Source of the DNA: Penicillus capitatus
Taxonomy: Eukaryota > Plantae > Chlorophyta
Length of the DNA: 64,000 bases
Reading direction: 5' to 3'
Assembly: GCA_965649825.1 (NCBI GenBank)
Contig: OZ287695.1
Location: 1,725,288-1,789,287, forward strand
Position numbers and translations under genes: made by a program. The notes under the pieces are model-generated. The model ran no database searches, was not told the DNA's origin, and worked only from the letters and a program-made list of their open reading frames with translations. Shown in pieces: positions 49,901 through 61,800 of this stretch; position 1 is the first letter of the stretch; every line of letters starts with the position of its first letter.

Positions 49901-50817
49901 TTTGACTTGGCTTAAACATTCTTGTCGCAGTATGCTTGTTATCTGTAAGCGATAGCGCTCTAACATGGCCTTTGTCGACCGGTTCAAGTGGTGTTGATAG
50001 ATATGTTAACGCTCATTAGACGGCTTGTGAATTGAAACGTGTTGTGTTATGTCAGTAGATAGCAACACTGCGATTACTTGACAACTTAGCATTTTTGTAA
50101 CCTCCCTTAATCACGAGACATCGAGGAGAATAGACCAGAAACAGTGTTTTTTTTTGTCTCTCGTTTGACATGCACGTAAACTTATTCGTTTCGATCGGCG
50201 TCGTTTCCCAGAGTATCGTTCGTTTGCCTTACGTCATGAGTGGCCGTCATAGTCCTCGTTCTGAAGCAAAAACTCTGTATCAAATCTTCATTACGTTGAA
50301 GCGCTGCGAATCTTGAATGCGTGCAGACGTTTTTCTTCTGTTGGAAATCGAAACGGCGCTTTTTACTCGTCAATCCACTTCGCATGTCAGATCAATCGTG
50401 CGGCTTTGATGCAACGATTACTGACGCGGATTATCGTATGTTACAGTAGACCGTGAAGTTCGCTCGGACAATGACGTATGCCTTTCTAAGTGTGCTGATC
50501 GTGCGGTCATACATAGAAATAAAGAAACTGCACTGAATCTTGGCGCTCTCATTGACAACTCGGACCTCCGCATTTACTCGGTGTCTGTGGCGTCACCTAA
50601 TGCAATTAAACTCGAAGTGCACGACGACCCTTCCTGCAAACTGTGCACTGCTTTACGCTGCGCATCTCCAATTCTACGACTGTCATGTGCCAGCAGACTT
50701 CTAACTTTTTTTCCATGTAGCTTCAACGAGTGACGCTTCGCTGTAGGTGGATATCATTGCTAACCGCAGAATATAAGGAAGGCGGACCACTCAGTAAAGT
50801 GTTCACATCTCTAGAAA

Positions 50818-53800
50818 ATGCCTTGTTTGCTTCATAGTGCTCGCGCAGGTTTCCAAGCGCGACATGCTTCTTGGTTTTTCTTCGCTCTTTTTTCAGTCAT
50901 TCTCTCAGTTTTACCGCCAGCCACTCAGGCTCTGCCACGCGCCTTCTTAACCTGCGATGCTTTAGCCGACGCCCTAAACAACAGCGTCACCCACAACCTT
51001 TCGCCAGCCGTTCGCGCTTTCTGTCGAGTAACGACTGGAGCATTCGAGTCCTTCTACGGCGAAGAAAAGGATGCTGAGTTGGCTGTGGTTGTTGTCGACG
51101 GAGAAGAAGTTGCCGCTTCCGACCTCTGGGATTATGAAAGTACACACATCCTTCGTTGTTGCGTTGCCTTCTAACATCGATCGCAGATCGTGCTGTGGCG
51201 ATATCATCTATTGACTCTATTCCACTAACAGTCTTTGGAGGTGATAATGCATCGAAGGCGATGAATGAACAAGGTGTCATCACAAGAGCAAACGACGTTC
51301 GTCCTGATGGCATGTGGTTCACCATCGTCACTTCAGATGTCGACTCTCGGGCCTCAGCAGTTTGGTCCAAGCTTGGAGAAATCGAATCGATGTTGTCCAT
51401 TGGACTACGCGGGCTAGGCAGCGTAGAAAAGTCATTGAATGAGACTTCCATCCGCATGGAGACAGCAAGCGGCGAAAGAGTGATCTTCACTCTGGTGGAC
51501 CGAAATGACGATGACCTCTATCTGATTCTCAAGTTCTCCGATATATCTCGCACTGTTTATCCAGAATTCGATTTCAGCGGAAGTCGCTTGTACGTTCAGA
51601 TCCTCCCAAAAGGCCTCTTCGCTAAATCAACTGGCATCGAACTTGGTTGGGAGCCCCCTGCAGATCGCGACATTGGGGATGATCTGGCCAAGGGCACACG
51701 TTTGATTGAATCTTTGCTTTTCGAAATGGTGACAAACATCGAACAAGAGTTTGGAAGGCTGTGTGTCCTTGGACGCAATGTTAGGACGGTAGAAGGTCAC
51801 TGCAATAACCTTGATAATCCCGATCAAGGAGCTTCGCATCAGCCACTCAGGCGGCATGACGGATTTTTTCGATCTTTGTTCAAGGCAAACCGTTTGAATC
51901 CAACGGGACCTACACATATTAACGTCCGAAACGTTAGCAACGCTCTCTTCTCATCAAGTAAGACCCCTTCAAAAAGAAACGGTATGTGCCATACCACTTA
52001 TGCATGTAATAGGTCCTGGCGCATCTATTCTCGAAGAGAATGCAGAAGAACTCGGAGAAGTGTGTATCGTGACAAGTGCAAATGGAACGGAGTATGAAGT
52101 GTGTCCATTGAGATCTATTCGGAAGAATCCATCTGGGACAGGGAAGCCGGTTATGGATTTCGTCGAATTCAGAACGAACGAACAAGAAGAGCTAATATTT
52201 CGATTTCAATCGAAGGACTGTACGATCGATCTGCTTCTCAAATGTTCCGGAACAAGACACGCGGAGCTGGCAGATGACCCCTGCGGAGCTAAAACCAACC
52301 GATACTTCGATCCAGTTGGCTGTGTGAAGGGACCTGCGGAAGATGGCGTGATGGCGAACTCCGAAGGCTTAACGGATCACTTCTTCAGCTTCGGGCAGTT
52401 CATCGATCATGACTTTGGTCTGACACCGCTATCGCAGATCTCAAGGGATCAGCCTGGCTTTAGCCGACTTGGACGGACTTCAAAAGTCGAGGACGAGTTT
52501 CCGATTGATGTGCCCAAAAACGACTTCCATTTCTCTGACAGAAAGAAGCTGGAATTCATGAGGGCTCGATTCGCTGATGATGGCTTCAAGTCGCACATCA
52601 ACACTCAATCATCTTATCTCGACGGATCTCAGATCTACGGAGCAAACACCCAACGTGCTAGACTTCTTCGGTCTTTCGAGGGAGGCAAACTTAAGGTGTC
52701 GGACGGGAATCTGCCACCATTCAACAGAGTCGACGGACCAGGTGCTCTGGGAGCAAATGTCGAAAACTCTCCAAACAAAGATGGCCAGTTCTTTGTTCTT
52801 GGAGATACCAGAGGTAACGAGCAGCCAATTCTACTGACGCTGCACATTCTTTTTCTTCGCGAACACAATCTGGTGGCCGAAGAGCTTGCCGAAGCCTTTC
52901 CTCTGTTTGACGACGAACAACTCTACCAGACAGCCCGTGCTATTGTCATCGCGGAGTATCAGTGTATTATATACAACGAGTGGCTTCCACTTTTACTCGG
53001 TCTGGATTCGCCCGATCCACGAGATTTCGATTATGATGAAGATCTGGACGCCACTGTTTCAGCTATATTTACGACGGCGGCTTTTCGTTTTGGACATTCT
53101 TTGGTCGGCACAAATTTACTGAGCATGAGTCCAGGGCCAAGAAGCAAAGCTAAGATGTCATTGTTGCCCATTCGAAACGTCTTCTTTGAACCAGAGCTTG
53201 TCACGAACTTGGGAGTAGACGCATTCATCCGAGGCGCTGCATGGCATCTTTGCAAAGAAATGGACAACCAAGTCGTCGATGAACTGCGCAATTTCCTCAT
53301 AACCGAATTTGAAGTGAACGTGACTAAACCGCCTCGATTTGATCTTATTTCAATCAATCTGCAACGTGGTCGTGATCTGAGTTTGCCGAGCTTCAATGAT
53401 GTCCGAGAACAGTTTGGCATGAAAAAATACAAAACGTTCTCCGACTTCGTGAAGGACCCAAACCTTGCCGATGCTGCATTCCAGATCTACGAAGGAGAGG
53501 TTGACCAAGTCGAGATCTTCTTTGGAGGGATGGTCGAAGAACACATTGGATCATCTCAGTTGGGGGAAACATTCACTACCATCGTCGCTGATCAGTTCAG
53601 ACGGTCAAGGTCTGTCGCCCGCTCTTTGTCTGACACCCTTTGCAATCTCTTGTGTCGCAGGGACGGTGATCGTTTTTTCTATTCGGGAATTCGCTTTTCG
53701 CCAGATTTGATTTCTCAGATGCCGCGCATCAAACGCATTGTCCAACACAAGATGACATTGGCAGATATTATCTTTCGAAACACAGGAGTAACGAAAGAAG

Positions 53801-53835
53801 AACTGGGAAAGAAGGCGTCGGTTTTTCGTGTTTAA
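50818..53835 (+). CDS. Animal-type haem peroxidase (peroxidase-cyclooxygenase superfamily), probably secreted, 4 exons
   Basis: Hydrophobic N-terminus (WFFFALFSVILSVL); RTVEGHCNNL; distal GQFIDHD; INTQSSYLDGSQIYG; GDTRGNEQP; LREHN; proximal AAFRFGHS; DLISINLQRGRD; QFRR..DGDRFFY. Introns ~51140-51186, 51982-52012, 53610-53660. Confidence 0.92.
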
Positions 53836-53963
53836 GGAAAGTTTATCAAATGCTGTTCGCTGTGCAGATGTCGATAACAACATTTCATCATTCATTCTGA
53901 CGTCGTCGTCGTCATCTTGTACTCAAAATATTCTGTTATTGGCTGTCATTTGATCATTAAACG

Positions 53964-55235
53964 ATGACGTGGAGATCGCTGAAGGTTCCTCCGGCCGAGC
54001 TCCGATTAGACTTTACACTGCCTACGGGCCAGTCCTTCCGATGGAAAAAACACACAGACGACTGTTACGTGGGAGTCGTCCGCGGCCGAGCCTTCCAGTT
54101 GAAACAGACCGCTGAAGACGTCCAATACAGGTCGTTTGTCACGATGACGCATTTCAAAGACGAAACAGCGTTCTCGCAGAAGACTCAACGCTCTCTCCGC
54201 CGCTCAACCGGAAGACACATCGCTACTGCGCGAATACTTCAACTTGGATGGACCATCCCTTGGCTCGATCTATCGTGAATGGTTCGTCTTTGAGAGCAAT
54301 GAGAAAGGAGATCTCGTCGCGCTCACGTAGGTCCGCACGGGACGTCCGGTTCGGTGCCGTTTCTCCATTCATTCCGGGTGCCCGAGTTCTGCGGCAGGAT
54401 CCCTTGGAGTGCCTGTTTGAATTCGTATCTTCATCGAACAACAATATCAGCCGGATCCAGGGAATGATCGACACTTTATGTCGCCTCTACGGATCTCCGC
54501 TCCGCTGCGATGAAGACCAAGACCAGGCGACACACGATCTCTTTGCATTTCCGACTCTGGCTCAACTGAAAAACGCAAGCGAGGAAGAACTCAGGCGTCA
54601 TGGCTTCGGCTACCGTGCTAAGTTTGTAGAGGGTATGTCCAATTCCTTTCCGCGACTGTACTCTATCAAGTCTACAGTGTAGGCTGCATTAGCGCCTTAT
54701 CGGAAAAAGAATGTGGCGGCGAGGCATGGCTGATGTCACTTCGGTCGTTGTCGTATGAAGAAGCAATACGTTGTCTGTGTCAACTGCCTGGAGTGGGTCC
54801 GAAGGTCGCTGCTTGTGTGTGTCTTTTCTCCCTCGACAAACATCAAGCGATTCCAATCGATACGCATGTTCAGCAACTCGTGTACAAATACTATCGGTAA
54901 GGGATCTGCTTGACAGACAAGATGAAAACCACCGATCCAGACCAGAGTTGGAGGGGAAGAGTTTGACGAAACGTGTGGTGAAGAGTATCCAGCAGCATTT
55001 TGAGGATCTGTTTGGCGAGTATGCTGGTTGGGCGCACAACGTTCTCTTTGTCGCCGAGCTTTCAAGTCATCAACGATATCTGCCAGAGAAATTGAGAACG
55101 CAAACTAAGAGCCGCAAGCGTTCACGACAGAAAAGCTCAAATGGAATAACGGAATCCGACAATGTCTCGCAATTGTCGACGCCGAGAGACATTGACTCAA
55201 TTAAAGATTTGCCGCCATATCATGTTGCTAGATAA
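53964..55235 (+). CDS. OGG1: 8-oxoguanine DNA glycosylase/AP lyase, multi-exon
   Basis: LRLDFTLPTGQSFRW, GARVLRQDPLECLFEFVSSSNNNISRI, GFGYRAKF, HhH-GPD LPGVGPKVAACVCLFSLDKHQAIPIDTHV, YAGWAHNVLFVAEL. Confidence 0.93.
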
Positions 55236-55801
55236 TACACGAAAGAGCAGTTCACAAAGTACCCACCCACTCTATCCGTACATGTTTGTTTACGACATGA
55301 ACGAGTTGTTCTGCATTTAAGGAACGGTGGACAGGTCAAGAGATCCTGAAGAGTTCATGGCCATGCAAAAAAAAGAACTTTGGTGATCTATGTACGATTA
55401 GTGTTTCTATGGATTTCACAAAACGCATTCTGATACCTGTACTCACTGAATCAAACGAGATACCCGTATGCAAACAATACCTTGGGTACAGGATGTCAAA
55501 CCTAAAGCTTCTCAAAAGACCAGCAATCTGCCTGCTTTTCGGCTGCAGCGATTCTGCATTGCGTCAACCCTATTAATTGGCATGCTATGCTGAGCCTTAC
55601 TTTTTGCACGATTCTGGACGATCATGGCAGTGTTCATGGAATACTGCCTACTGTTCTCCGACTGTGCGAACTCGAGTTTATCTTACTAAGTTCTAGGCTC
55701 ACTCGTGTGCAAGTATGTCCGTATCTCTCCGCGGTCTTCGGAGAGTTTCTGCAGGACTCGTCATGGTCACGAACAAGGACGCGCAGTTGCGATAATAAGC
55801 T

Positions 55802-58800
55802 ATGTATTTCTTTCGAAAGCTGCATCCATTACTGGAATCTGCTTTCCTGGCAGGATACATTAAATCAGTTAACTCTCTTGCATTTAGAGTGAACGACAAC
55901 GTCGAACGCATCTTTCTCTATTGCGAACTATGTTGCGAACTCTTCGACTACGGTAAGTGGACTTGTCCGTTTCGCAGACCGACGAACGAAGACGCTTTGT
56001 TCTATAGACAACAAGCGAGCATGCAAACCCGAGCTCCTGACGAAGGACCCAGTGGCGGCTGGCCATCCGCATCGGAAACCGGTGGTCAGCTCACATCCCA
56101 AGACGCGGGGGGCAAAGAACGTTACGACAAAAGGCTTCTGCGCACTGTCGTGGAGAAGAACGACATCGACGACACCAAGTCGCTCGTCGCGACGTACAAC
56201 ATGACGACGAATGAAGATGAACGCGCCGTCCTCCTCGGATGGCTGCGCAAGTACCATGAACGAAGGGAAGATTGCCTCACCCAGAAGTCTGTCCTCGAGT
56301 ATGCAGAACTAGTCAACATTACCCCACGCTCTAAAAGCGAAGAAGACATCTTGAAGAACTTAATTTGCGACCTTTGTTCCCGTATCTCAGAACTAAACTT
56401 CTTACCGCCGAACTTTGCCACTGCCCTCTACAAAGCACTTGTGCACGTCGATCCGTTAGTGTGCGGCGTTGCGCAGCTGGTGGACGTAGCAAGGAAGCTT
56501 TTAAGCAGTCTATCTGCGACACCGAACATTACGAGAGAGAACTTCTCGGTGCATCGAGGGACCTTTCTTGCACTTCGGCAATCCTTTTTCCTGCTTAATG
56601 CCGTCAATCAAAACGAGATCAAGAAAAAAGAGAAGCGAGAATTGCGTAGAAGCATTGCAGAGAAAGAGAGAACTATGGAATTCTCGTGTAACTACTATCC
56701 TGTGGCTTTTCATTTTCAAGTTCTTCGTCGAGCAGTGGAACGCCTTAAAGAAGACACTACTACACGACGAGTTCCACAAACAGAACAATATGCCATAAGT
56801 GAAACGTGTGGATTCGAGCACGTATTTCATCTTCTCAGAAATCTTGCAAGGTGTAACGTCGATCCGACGGCCCTCGGGGCTTCATACGAAGAAAATCGAG
56901 GCCCTGTTGTCGAAATGTCGAACATGTCGAAGAAACCTTTGTTTGACTCGCTGTGGAATCTGATGGCGGCAAGGCTGGAGGCAGCGAAAGAAGAAACGAA
57001 CCTTGACCTCTTTGAGTCTGTGTGCAATGCCACAATAGAGAATCAACAAAAAACAGAAAACGGTGAAGATTTGAAGACGTTAAGATTTGGAATCATTGAA
57101 GAGTTAGGCATGCTCGCGATCGAAGGATCATCGGAGAGCACTCGCAGAGAGACGACGATCATGTTGTCGAATCTGGCAGTGCAACAAGCAATCACTGAAG
57201 GATGGATCGATGATGACGATATCTTGATCGCACTCTTGGATGTCATACACGAGGTGCATAAGAATGGTCTATGCAATGAAGAAACCGAAGAAGCACTCAC
57301 GGCCTTGCATCGCTACTGCGAGGGCTCCACCAGAGACGTGATGACGGTATGGTTAGACGGAAAAAGCATAGAGGACAAGCTTCGAGATGGAAGTCCGCCA
57401 GCTGCTCAGCCAGAGCATTGGGATCTGTTCATGAAGACTAGCAAAGACGTCGGACACAATCCAATTGGGGAAGACCTAAGAAAAACATACCTGCGAGACG
57501 ATTTTACAATAGTAATGTTCTGCAGAAATGATACTTCGAGTTGGTTACTGTTTCGTTTCTGAAGGTGGCTTGTGTGCTCGACGAAGGATCTCCTAAACAT
57601 GTCAAGGACATGAAGCACCACGTCGTCATCTCCGAAGAAATCGTGGAAGAACGAGAAACCAGATCGAGACATAGACAAGGAGTTATCCGGAGGATGGATG
57701 GAGGAGAAGGCGAGTCTTCAAACCGCGGAACGGACCAAGGAAAGAAGCACTACGAAAAGAAAACAAGAGTCGCGAAGCCCATTGATCTGGACGATTTGTT
57801 CAAGCGAAGATCTCTCAAAACCGAAGATCTGTTAAGCGAAACAAGAAGGGTGCTTCTCTACGGAAACCCCGGATCCGGTAAGACGTGCATCGCAAAAGTC
57901 GTCGCGTATAAATGGGCAATGAGAGAAATGGCACAAGACCTCGACGCCGTTTACATAGTGCCAGTGCGAGTTCTCAACAGTGCGGAGCACAATGGTCAGA
58001 AATGGACAAGACTCGAGGAAGCAGTGTCGCAGATATGCTTTTCTGAAAGCGAGCACTCTTTCGACTATGGAAACCTAATCGCTCAAGTGGAAAGCGATCT
58101 TTACGATCCTTCAACACTGCTCATGGTGGATGGACTGGATGAGGCAAATGACAGTGCGAGAGAGCTCTTATCCACCGTGTGGGATCGATCCTGCATGGTG
58201 TTGCTTCTTTCTCGTCCGTACAACACAAGGGACGTAGAAACACGCGTCGACACTCAAGTGGAATGTCTCGGATTCAACGACCAGCAGTTGCGAGATTACA
58301 TAAAGAGCGACTTGTCTGAGGGAGAGGCTTCGAGATTTATCCGCTTTATCGAAAACTCTAATGCTTTGTGGGACATGGCACACATTCCAATGACGGCAAA
58401 CGTTCTCTGTTCCTTGTCGAAGAAGCACGGCACCGCACGGGAAGAACGAGGAAAGAGAGCGAGCCTTTTCCAAATATACAACGACATGACGAGGTTTGTC
58501 TGGAAAAGGTTCGAAGAAAAGCCGGCGGCTACAAACATACAGAAAGTGGAACTCTTTCAAGATCTGGAAAGAATCGCCTTTGAATCGCTTCGCCATAAAG
58601 CAGTTCTCATCCACGAAAGCTATGTCGACAGCCATGCAACGTCAAAGAATGCAACTCGAACATTCGAAGAGATCGGATTCCTCTTGCCCGTGTCGGAGGG
58701 CCAAAAGTACAAATTCCTTCACCCGACGTTTCAGGAGTATTTCGCGGGAAGACACATTGCTCAAAACTTATTAACAAACGGACCCGATGAAGAAAGAGTA

Positions 58801-61800
58801 AAGGCATTCATTCGTCAGGAAAAATACAATCGGAGGCATGCTTTGGCACTTTCCTTCGCTATGCACGCATTTGCAGAAAGACGCGGAAAAGATGCGTTGC
58901 AAGAAATGCTATCGCTTGTCGACGAAGAACCCATCGAAGTTCTCGGGGTACAGCATTTTTTTCTGAAGATGCAAGTCCTCGAGGCAACCTTAGAAGAGAC
59001 ACACGACGATAATTTGGAGGACTTTTTGAATGACGAACAAGCAACCAAACTCGTCGAAGGTGCTCGCCGACTGCTCAAGCTTACTATCGACGATATTCAA
59101 ATTCGTCAAAGCCTAGTAAAGGAGTTCCAACAACTGCCTCATGTTTTAGAGGAATTCCCTCGAATTCTCGTTGACACCATCGAAAAAATGAAAAAGATGC
59201 TGGCATACGTGCGAGACTTGACACAAAAAGAAATGGCTGAAATCACCGACTTCTTAAAGCTCGCAAGTCATTCTGAGAAGCAAAGTAGCAAAATAACTCA
59301 ATTCGTATTGGAGAAAGTAGAAGAATCCGGAAGTTGGTGCAATCCGAAGGAGTGCATAAGAAGGTTAAGTTTCATGGCAGAACAATTACCCAACAATGCG
59401 AGCGATGTTCTACCGACGCTGACTAAAGTGTCCGTCGACGAAGACTGGCACGTCCGTCAAGCAACACTGTCGACGATCGGCAGTGTCATTGTGGCGGCGC
59501 CTATACTCGCAGCCGAGGTTCTGCCGACGCTGGCTAAGGGGTGCATGGAGGAACACTGGTTCGTGCGTCAAGCAGCGATATCGGTGATCGGCAGTCTCGT
59601 CGCGGCGGCGCCTCAACACGCCGCGGATGTTCTACCGACGCTGACTAAAGTGTCAGTCGACGAAGACTGGCACGTGCGTCAAGCAGCAATGTCGGCGATT
59701 GGAAGTCTCGTCGCGGCGGCGCCTCAACACGCCGGAAAGGTTCTGCCGACGCTGGTTAATGGGTGCCTGGACGCAGACTGGCACGTGCGTCAAGCAGCGA
59801 CGTCGGCGATCAGCAGTGTGGTCGCGGCGGAGCCTGAACTCGCCGGCGAGCTTCTATCGACGCTGACAAAAGTGTCCGTCGACGAAGACTGGCGCGTGCG
59901 TCAGGCAGCGATGTCGGCGATTGGCAGTGTCGTCGCCGCGGCGCCTGATCTCGCCGCGGATGTTCTGCTGTCGCTGTCTAAACAGTGCGTGGACGCAGTC
60001 TGGGAAGTGCGTCAAGGGGCTATGTCGGCGATCAGCAGTCTCGTCGCGGCGGCGCCTCAACACACTGGGGATGTTCTGCCGACGCTCGCTGAGTGGTCCA
60101 TGGACGCAGACTGGCACGTGCGTCTAGCGGCTATGTCGGCGATCGGCAGTCTCGTCGCGGCGGCGCCTCAACACGCCGGCGAGGTTCTGCCGTCGCTGTC
60201 TAAGGGGGGCATGGACGAAGACTGGCACGTGCGTCAGGCAGCGATGTCGGCGATCGGTTGTCTCGTCGCGGCGGCGCCTCAACACGCCGGAAAGATTCTG
60301 CCGACGCTGTCTAAGGGGTGCCTGGACGCAGACTGGCACGTGCGTCTAGCGGCTATGTCGGCGATCGATAGTGTCATCGCCGCGGCGCCTATACTCGCCG
60401 GCGAGGTTCTGCCGTCGCTGTCTAAGAGGGGCATGGACGAAGACTGGCACGTGCGTCAGGCAGCGATGTCGGCGATCGGTTGTCTCGTCGCGGCGGCGCC
60501 TCAACACGCCGGAAAGATTCTGCCGACGCTGTCTAAGGGGTGCCTGGACGCAGACTGGCACGTGCGTCAAGCAGCGACGTCGGCGATCGATAGTGTCATC
60601 GCCGCGGCGCCTATACTCGCCGGCGAGATTCTGCCGTCGCTGTCTAAGGGGTGCGTGGACGAAGACTGGCACGTGCGTCAGGCAGCAGCGTCGGCGATCG
60701 GTTGTCTCGTCGCGGCGGCGCCTCAACACGCCGGAAAGATTCTTCCGACGCTGTCTAAGGGGTGCAGCAGTAGATACCGTGGCTTGCGTCAAGCAGCGAT
60801 GTCTGCGATTGGAAGTGTCGTCGCGGCGGCGCCTCAACACGCCGGAAAGATTCTTCCGAAGCTGGTTAATGGGTGCAGCGACAGAGTCTCCAACGTACGC
60901 CAAGCAGCGATGTCGGCGATCGGCAGTGTGATCGCGGCGGAGTCTGAACTCGCCAGCGATGTTCTGGCAATGGTGGCGAAGGGGTGCGTGGACGCAGACT
61001 GGCACGTGCGTCAGGCGGCGATGACGGCGATCGGCAATGTCGTTGCAGTAGCGCCTGGACTCGCTGCGGATGCTCTTCCGACGCTGTCTAAGGGGTGCGT
61101 CGACGAAGACTGGCTTGTTCGTCAGGCAGCGATATCGGCGATCGGCAATGTCGTCCCTCCGGTTCCTGAACTCGCCGGCGAGGTTCTGCCGTCGCTATCT
61201 AAGGGGTGCGTAGACGAAGACTGGCACGTGTGTCAAGCAGCGGCATCGGCGATTGGAAGTGTCGTCGCAGCGGCGCCTGGACTCGCTGCGGATGTTCTTC
61301 CGACGCTGGTTGAGTGTTGCGTGGACGCAGACTGGCCAGCGCGTCAAGCAGTTATGTCGGCGATCGGCAGTGTCGTCGCCGCGGTATCTGAGCTCGATGA
61401 CGAAGTTCGTTCGACACTGGTTAATGGGTGCAGCGACAGAGACTCTAACGTGCGTCAGGTAGCGGCGTCGGCGATCGGTAGTTTCGTCGCAGCGGCGCCT
61501 GGACTCGCTGAGGATGTTCTTCCGACGCTGTTTGAGTGTTGCGTGGACGAAGACTTGCGCGTGCGTCAGGCAGCAGCGTCGGCGATTGAAAGTGTCGTCG
61601 CAGCGGCGCCTCAACACGCCGGAAAGATTCTGCCGACGCTGTCTAAGGGGTGCAGCAGTAGATACCGTGGCTTGCGTCAAGCAGCGATGTCTGCGATTGG
61701 AAGTCTCGTCGCGTTGGCGCCTCAACACGCCGGAAAGATTCTTCCGAAGCTGGTTAATGGGTGCAGCGACAGGGACTCTAACGTACGCCAAGCAGCAATG

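Noticed and set aside
945-53660. Apparent excess of in-frame, stop-free 3n introns (945-992, 1862-1918, 2417-2464, 16744-16788, 32580-32633, 36542-36592, 53610-53660)
   Set aside because: With several dozen ~50-nt introns in the window, roughly 15% would be 3n and stop-free by chance, so seven is not clearly an excess. They matter mainly because they make the ORF-track proteins look as if they have insertions.
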